DNA of 34,708 nt. Source: Candidatus Iainarchaeum sp. (GTDB lineage: Archaea; Iainarchaeota; Iainarchaeia; Iainarchaeales; JAAZKV01). Below are positions 30,265 to 34,708 of this stretch, piece by piece. Position numbers and translations under genes: made by a program. The notes under the pieces were generated by a model, which worked only from the letters and a program-made list of their open reading frames with translations, was not told the origin of the DNA and searched no databases. How positions within the stretch are numbered: position 1 is the first letter of the stretch; the number at the start of each line of letters is the position of its first letter. The DNA lies in NCBI GenBank assembly GCA_018691995.1, contig JABHJM010000046.1, forward strand, positions 1-34,708. Reading direction: 5' to 3'.

Positions 30265-31350
30265 ATGGAGAAAAATAAATCAAAATTAAGTTTCCCAGGA
30301 AATAGAAAATTTACTATTGGGGGTGCGCCAAGTGGCGTTGGGGATTATTTCATGCGTTGGCTATTTTTTTATACAAATATGCATGAATTGGGCTTATCAT
30401 ATTTACATACGCCCGCAAATTTAACAAAAACTCATACAACTGATGCCTATGATAAATTAACTGAAATTTTAGGATTTGGTATATTTACCAAGATTTCTCA
30501 GACAGATCAAGAGAATATACTAAATCTAAGTTTATTAGAGCTTATTGAAGCTTATGAAAAAGGAGGAAAAGAAGCGTTTAGAGAATATGTCATAAGCCAA
30601 GATTCAAATGAAAATACTATCTTCATGATTGATGTTAATGAAAGGAGAAATATTGGTGGTAAAGCCATGATGGGAAATATCTCTGAATTATTAAAACCAA
30701 CTAGATTCAAAATTAATACGATGCGAGAAGAATATTTAGGAAATATCGAATCTTTAACAGAATCACCTATTCAAAAAAATAAAATTAACATTGCAGTCCA
30801 TGTAAGACGAGGCGATCTTTCATTATTTGCATCTTTTTTCAGACTTGCAAACAATGCTCATTATCCTATTAAATTTTTTAAAGAAAAATTTTTACCCATT
30901 AAATATTATTTAGTTATTTTAGATGAATTAGTTAATATTATAGGTGAAGATAATTGTCATATTAATGTATTTTCTGATGGTAATTATAAGGCAGTAAATA
31001 TAATGATTAATAATAAGCTAAAAGATAATAATAAGGATAAAATAATAGAATCATTAAAAGAAAATGATCTTGATGCTGAATTCCTTGCTTTTAATAAATA
31101 CAAAAATGTTTCTTTATACATCGGAGATGATTTTGACTTATTTAAAAAATCATTCTGCGGTTTGACACATTCTGATGTAGTTATTGGAGCTAAAGAAAGT
31201 TCATTCTTTTTTATATCAAAATATTATAAGAAGTATGGGGATCAAGTAAGAATAGAGTTTTTAGAAACAAGAGAATGCACATTTGATAAAGAAGAGTTAA
31301 TTAGAAACAATAGAATCTCAAAAGCATTATCAAAAAATAGGTTTAATTAG
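30265..31350 (+). CDS. Fucosyltransferase-superfamily glycosyltransferase-like protein (GT11/GT23-type HxRRGD motif)
   Basis: 361 aa. NIAVHVRRGDLS matches the alpha-1,2-fucosyltransferase motif I (HVRRGDY). INVFSDGNYKA and SDVVIGAKESSFFFISKYY occupy the positions of the later family motifs. An AGGTAAT SD-like box lies 3 nt upstream of the ATG. Confidence 0.5.
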   Translation: MEKNKSKLSFPGNRKFTIGGAPSGVGDYFMRWLFFYTNMHELGLSYLHTPANLTKTHTTDAYDKLTEILGFGIFTKISQTDQENILNLSLLELIEAYEKGGKEAFREYVISQDSNENTIFMIDVNERRNIGGKAMMGNISELLKPTRFKINTMREEYLGNIESLTESPIQKNKINIAVHVRRGDLSLFASFFRLANNAHYPIKFFKEKFLPIKYYLVILDELVNIIGEDNCHINVFSDGNYKAVNIMINNKLKDNNKDKIIESLKENDLDAEFLAFNKYKNVSLYIGDDFDLFKKSFCGLTHSDVVIGAKESSFFFISKYYKKYGDQVRIEFLETRECTFDKEELIRNNRISKALSKNRFN

Positions 31351-31391
31351 ACGGGTAAAAGTTTTAATAATTTTATTTATTTACAAAATTT

Positions 31392-33404
31392 TTAATTTTT
31401 TTCAGTTTTTATTTTTGGCGTATACTCTTTATCTTTAATTAATTTTACATATGGTGAAAATAAACAATTATCTTTTAGTTTGTAATTGTTTTCTTTGATT
31501 TCAATTAGTTTAGCTACATAAAAATCAAACAAACCAGTAAATGAAGGATGGTATATTTTGTATTTGTATAATCTATCAGTTAAAATATATTTTTTATAAA
31601 ACTCATAAGTTTTTTTCTTTTTCTCCAAGATTTTATCTTTATTTTGAAGATCCTTTGCTAGAGTTTGATATATTTTTTCTGGAGAATCTTTATCTGTGTC
31701 AAAAAACCAGAATAAATCATCTTTATTAATGCCTATTTTTTCCCACCCAAGTTTGTCATGGGTTGTATCAATACAAGCGATAGCATTAGATGCTCTTAAA
31801 TAATCAAAAAAAGTATGTGTCCATGGGCGATCTCCTCTAATAGAAATTGCAATATCGCTTTCTTTTAATTTGTTAAAAAAAGAAATATACTCTTCTTTAA
31901 CTGGTTTGTTTTCCTTATAAAGCTTTACGGGTTTGTTTGGATCTTTTCCTTTAGGTTTCCAAAAAGATAGTTCAAAATTAGGGTTGTTAAATTTATTAAG
32001 TTCATTTATTATTCCTCGAGAGCTATGAGTTTTTCTTCCAGACCAAAATAGTTTGTTATAATATTTTTTGTGATTATTTTCATCAAAATCTAGCCAATAA
32101 TATTCTTCTTGTGAAATGTTTGAATAAGGAATGTAGGTTCCCATTTTTGAAATTACATTTGGAAAATTTACATCAGCACCGGAAAATATTGTAATGTTGT
32201 AATTCTTTATTTCTGAAACAAAAAAGTTTTGATCAACACATTTTCCATTTCGGATGGAATTAAATTTAGTCCTTTCTTTTCCACCATTTGATAGAAATAA
32301 AATAATTTTTTTCTCATATTTTTTTAGTTTTTTAAGTTCTGGAGAAATCGAGTTTTTTGAACCAAGCATAATAAAATCTGATTCATCAAGACTATTTGTT
32401 GGTTCAAAAAAATCCCCATAGTAGGTTACTAACAAATTGTTTATTTTATTATACACTGCAATTCTTTTTTCAGAACTTTTTCCATTTACAAATAATTTTA
32501 TCTTTTTATTATTAATTGATTTATTCGCATTAGCTGAAATTCTTGAATTCTTATTTTTAAAATGATTATACAATTTGTTTTCAAATTTTACACGTTCATT
32601 GAAAATATCCTGTTCTTCCTTCAATAGTTCTGAGAATTTTGTTTTTTGCGAAGTTTTATTCTCATTTTTTAAATTATCTAGTTGCCCATAAGCAATAAAG
32701 CCAAATTTTTTATTTAGTTTGTTAAAAAATTCACTTAATTTTTCATAGAGCCCAACATCAAATTTAGATAGTATTTGGATTGCTTTTTTATATTCTTTTT
32801 CAGTTAGGGGTTTGTTATTTGAAATCTCTGTTAAATTTCTTATTAACCAACTATCAGAAAGTTTTGTTGATTTAATATATTCTTTGAAAGACATGTTTTC
32901 AAAAGTACCAAAGTTTCTTTCCCATTTTCCAACATCTCTTAAATAATAAAAAAGAGAATTATGCCGACCAAATGGTTCTCGCAAAATTGTAAAGTAACTT
33001 GGCTTGCAAGAGGTAATTTTACAACAATCGTCAATAACTTTAACACTTTGACTAAAACTACCGACAATTGGATTAATTGTTGCTCCATAAATCACTACTT
33101 TTTCTTTTCTTAAATATTCTTTAAAGTTTTCTAATGTAATTGAATTTCTAAGAGAACTACAATAATAATTTTTTTCCACAACTCCAACAATAAATGTAAT
33201 TTTTCCTGGAATCTTAAATGTGCTATCAAGATTTATATTAAACTGAGCAAGGCGTGAAAATTTTTTTGGTTTTTTTTGGCATATTAAAAGACTATTTTCT
33301 TCAGATATTTTTTTTCTTAAGCTTGGAATCATCATTTTAAATTTAAAAAAAGTGCCTGCACACTTTGGAATATGATAAAACACAGGAACTATTCTCTTAC
33401 TCAT
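31392..33404 (-). CDS. Fusion protein: N-terminal carbohydrate sulfotransferase domain plus C-terminal exostosin (GT47)-like domain
   Basis: 670 aa. N-terminus: VFYHIPKCAGTFF (5'-PSB, compare HIPKTGGT) and YFTILREPFGRHNSLFYYL (3'-PB RxPxxRxxS). C-terminus: YISFFNKLKESDIAISIRGDRPWTHTFFDYLRASNAIACIDT resembles the exostosin C-terminal motif (S.F.l.prGd....t.rf.eal.ag.IPV). Confidence 0.55.
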   Translation of the reverse strand: MSKRIVPVFYHIPKCAGTFFKFKMMIPSLRKKISEENSLLICQKKPKKFSRLAQFNINLDSTFKIPGKITFIVGVVEKNYYCSSLRNSITLENFKEYLRKEKVVIYGATINPIVGSFSQSVKVIDDCCKITSCKPSYFTILREPFGRHNSLFYYLRDVGKWERNFGTFENMSFKEYIKSTKLSDSWLIRNLTEISNNKPLTEKEYKKAIQILSKFDVGLYEKLSEFFNKLNKKFGFIAYGQLDNLKNENKTSQKTKFSELLKEEQDIFNERVKFENKLYNHFKNKNSRISANANKSINNKKIKLFVNGKSSEKRIAVYNKINNLLVTYYGDFFEPTNSLDESDFIMLGSKNSISPELKKLKKYEKKIILFLSNGGKERTKFNSIRNGKCVDQNFFVSEIKNYNITIFSGADVNFPNVISKMGTYIPYSNISQEEYYWLDFDENNHKKYYNKLFWSGRKTHSSRGIINELNKFNNPNFELSFWKPKGKDPNKPVKLYKENKPVKEEYISFFNKLKESDIAISIRGDRPWTHTFFDYLRASNAIACIDTTHDKLGWEKIGINKDDLFWFFDTDKDSPEKIYQTLAKDLQNKDKILEKKKKTYEFYKKYILTDRLYKYKIYHPSFTGLFDFYVAKLIEIKENNYKLKDNCLFSPYVKLIKDKEYTPKIKTEKN

Positions 33405-33488
33405 TTTTTATTACACTCCTCATTATCTATTTCTATTTTGCTTCCTGCTAGTACACTCATCCAAGTGATGGAAAAGAAAAAATTGATT

Positions 33489-34700
33489 TTATAAATATTC
33501 ATTTACTGACCCACCAATGGAATAACTCTTCATTCCAGCTCTTCCAAATGCCTGAACTGTTTCTTTTGATACATCTGCAAAGGCAACAGAACCAACTTTT
33601 TTTTCTTTTAATAAATTAATTATTTCATTAATTTCTTTTGGATTTTCTATTACTTCAATAATTTTATTATTATTTATGATTTGCAGGTGGCTAGCTTTTT
33701 CACCATCGGCAGAAATAAGAGCATCTCTTGGTTTATCATCAGTAAAAACAGCAATAATGTCATCTAAATCAAGATCATTTATCTTTTCCAAAAAATAAGT
33801 GGGTATGCCGTGGACTGCTCGATTAAGTTTTTCTAAAGGCATCGCTTCATTTTGTGCATAAACATATCCTAGTTCTTTAACATCAAAATCAGAGTAGCTT
33901 CTTCTTGGATTTATTAATAATTCTCTGTGTGTAAATAACTTTTCCACCCTGCTTAAATCAAACTTCTTTGTGGGCCAATGTTTTTCTAGAACAGATTGCA
34001 ATACTTTATATTGTAATTCGTTGCTTGGGTGATTGCTGTTATAAAACATTCTTTTTTTCTGATAATTGTCTCTAAACCAATTACCCAAACTTGAGAGGTC
34101 GCATTTGTCACAAATTTCACAATATTTTTCAACGCTCCCATCACGAATTAAGGAGGCGTCTTTTACTAAATCGTTATAATATTTATCCATGTTCCTAATG
34201 TATTTTTTATATTTTTCTCTGAATTCCTCGTGATATAAGAGCATAAGATCAAGCGTCATTAAAAGTAGCGGAAGATTTGGAAGAGTAATATCTTTTTCAA
34301 AATCTTTTTTTACCTTGTAAATATTTTTTTCACAATCTGGATCTGTATTCAAATATTCAAAGTTTATTACGTATTCATGAATAAAGATGTCGCTGTTTTT
34401 TATTAGTCCAACTAGGCAAGGATCTGAAAAAATGTTTTCCTGTATTTTTTCATTAAGTCCTTTTTGAGTTCTAATAACTACATAGTTATAATTATCTCCA
34501 AATTCTTTTATTCTCAAAAAAGCATTCAAATGATGTATAACTCTGCAAGATCCCAAAATCAAAATATTTTTTTCAGCAGAATTATTTTTAATTAAGTAAT
34601 CTCCTTGTTCATTTAGGTAAGTAAATTCATTAACTGTTATGGGGGTTAAATCAGGATCGGTTTTGTTTTTAATTGTTTTATTTTGATTAAATTCTTGCAT
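33489..34700 (-). CDS. Hypothetical protein with a GSCR...NHP motif pair (WcbI/GSCFA-like polysaccharide-modification domain?) and an unassigned C-terminal domain
   Basis: 403 aa. NILILGSCRVIHHLNAF lies near the N-terminus and KRMFYNSNHPSNELQYKVLQSVL about 170 aa later. This pattern recalls WcbI-type capsule enzymes (GNCQ ... NHP). The context is a glycan-modification island. Confidence 0.3.
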   Translation of the reverse strand: MQEFNQNKTIKNKTDPDLTPITVNEFTYLNEQGDYLIKNNSAEKNILILGSCRVIHHLNAFLRIKEFGDNYNYVVIRTQKGLNEKIQENIFSDPCLVGLIKNSDIFIHEYVINFEYLNTDPDCEKNIYKVKKDFEKDITLPNLPLLLMTLDLMLLYHEEFREKYKKYIRNMDKYYNDLVKDASLIRDGSVEKYCEICDKCDLSSLGNWFRDNYQKKRMFYNSNHPSNELQYKVLQSVLEKHWPTKKFDLSRVEKLFTHRELLINPRRSYSDFDVKELGYVYAQNEAMPLEKLNRAVHGIPTYFLEKINDLDLDDIIAVFTDDKPRDALISADGEKASHLQIINNNKIIEVIENPKEINEIINLLKEKKVGSVAFADVSKETVQAFGRAGMKSYSIGGSVNEYL

Positions 34701-34708
34701 TGCAAACA

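Noticed and set aside
25732-31729. Short ORFs antisense to island genes (25732-25953, 28491-28682, 28609-28806, 29458-29646, 31541-31729)
   Set aside because: They are extremely AT-rich shadow frames (F/I/K/L/N-rich) inside long ORFs that carry recognisable enzyme motifs.
1-34708. CRISPR array, rRNA or tRNA genes
   Set aside because: I saw no regularly spaced short direct repeats in any intergenic region. No intergenic segment is long or GC-rich enough to hold a tRNA or rRNA. The only GC-rich intergenic patch (3744-3800) does not fold as a cloverleaf.
25052-34708. Calling the AT-rich island a mobile element or a viral insert
   Set aside because: There is no integrase, transposase, capsid or terminase gene, no tRNA target and no flanking direct repeats within the window. 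The right boundary is not in view. Only the compositional shift supports foreign origin, so it is reported as a finding rather than a mobile_element feature.

Overview
The window is AT-rich and looks archaeal. Starts are preceded by GGTGAT-type Shine-Dalgarno boxes or by TATA-like boxes about 25 nt upstream, which fits leaderless mRNAs. It also encodes an archaeosortase-like protein and a FlaI-type ATPase. A DPANN-type or similar small-genome archaeon is my inference only. I saw no rRNA, tRNA, CRISPR array, integrase or transposase.

Left part (1-25051): three collinear paralogous giant surface proteins lie on the minus strand. One is partial (at least 799 codons, running off the left edge and absent from the ORF track); the others are 2398 aa and 2800 aa. 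Together they occupy 17,999 of 34,708 nt. All three share a distinctive N-terminal motif (Y-F/T-x-x-E-E/D-K-W/Y-F/Y ... V/I-P-S/T-F, then a TM helix) followed by CarboxypepD_reg/Ig-like repeats. Interleaved with them are a 469-aa Cys-rich protein with a class III (type IV pilin-like) signal peptide, a 214-aa minimal exosortase/archaeosortase-family protein, a multi-pass membrane protein, three toxin-antitoxin-type modules, and a divergently placed 768-aa FlaI/PilB/GspE-family ATPase. I regard this as a candidate undescribed cell-surface or host-contact system.

Right part (about 25052-34708): this region is visibly more AT-rich and encodes a glycan-tailoring island. It contains a 1292-aa five-module protein (fucosyltransferase-like, sulfotransferase, kinase-like, SAM-methyltransferase and a GSCR-motif domain), whose sulfotransferase module is bracketed by a perfect 62-bp in-frame direct repeat. 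It also contains an HVRRGD-motif fucosyltransferase-like protein, a sulfotransferase fused to an exostosin-like domain, and two hypothetical proteins.

All functional calls rest on motif-level reading of the translations. No database search was possible.
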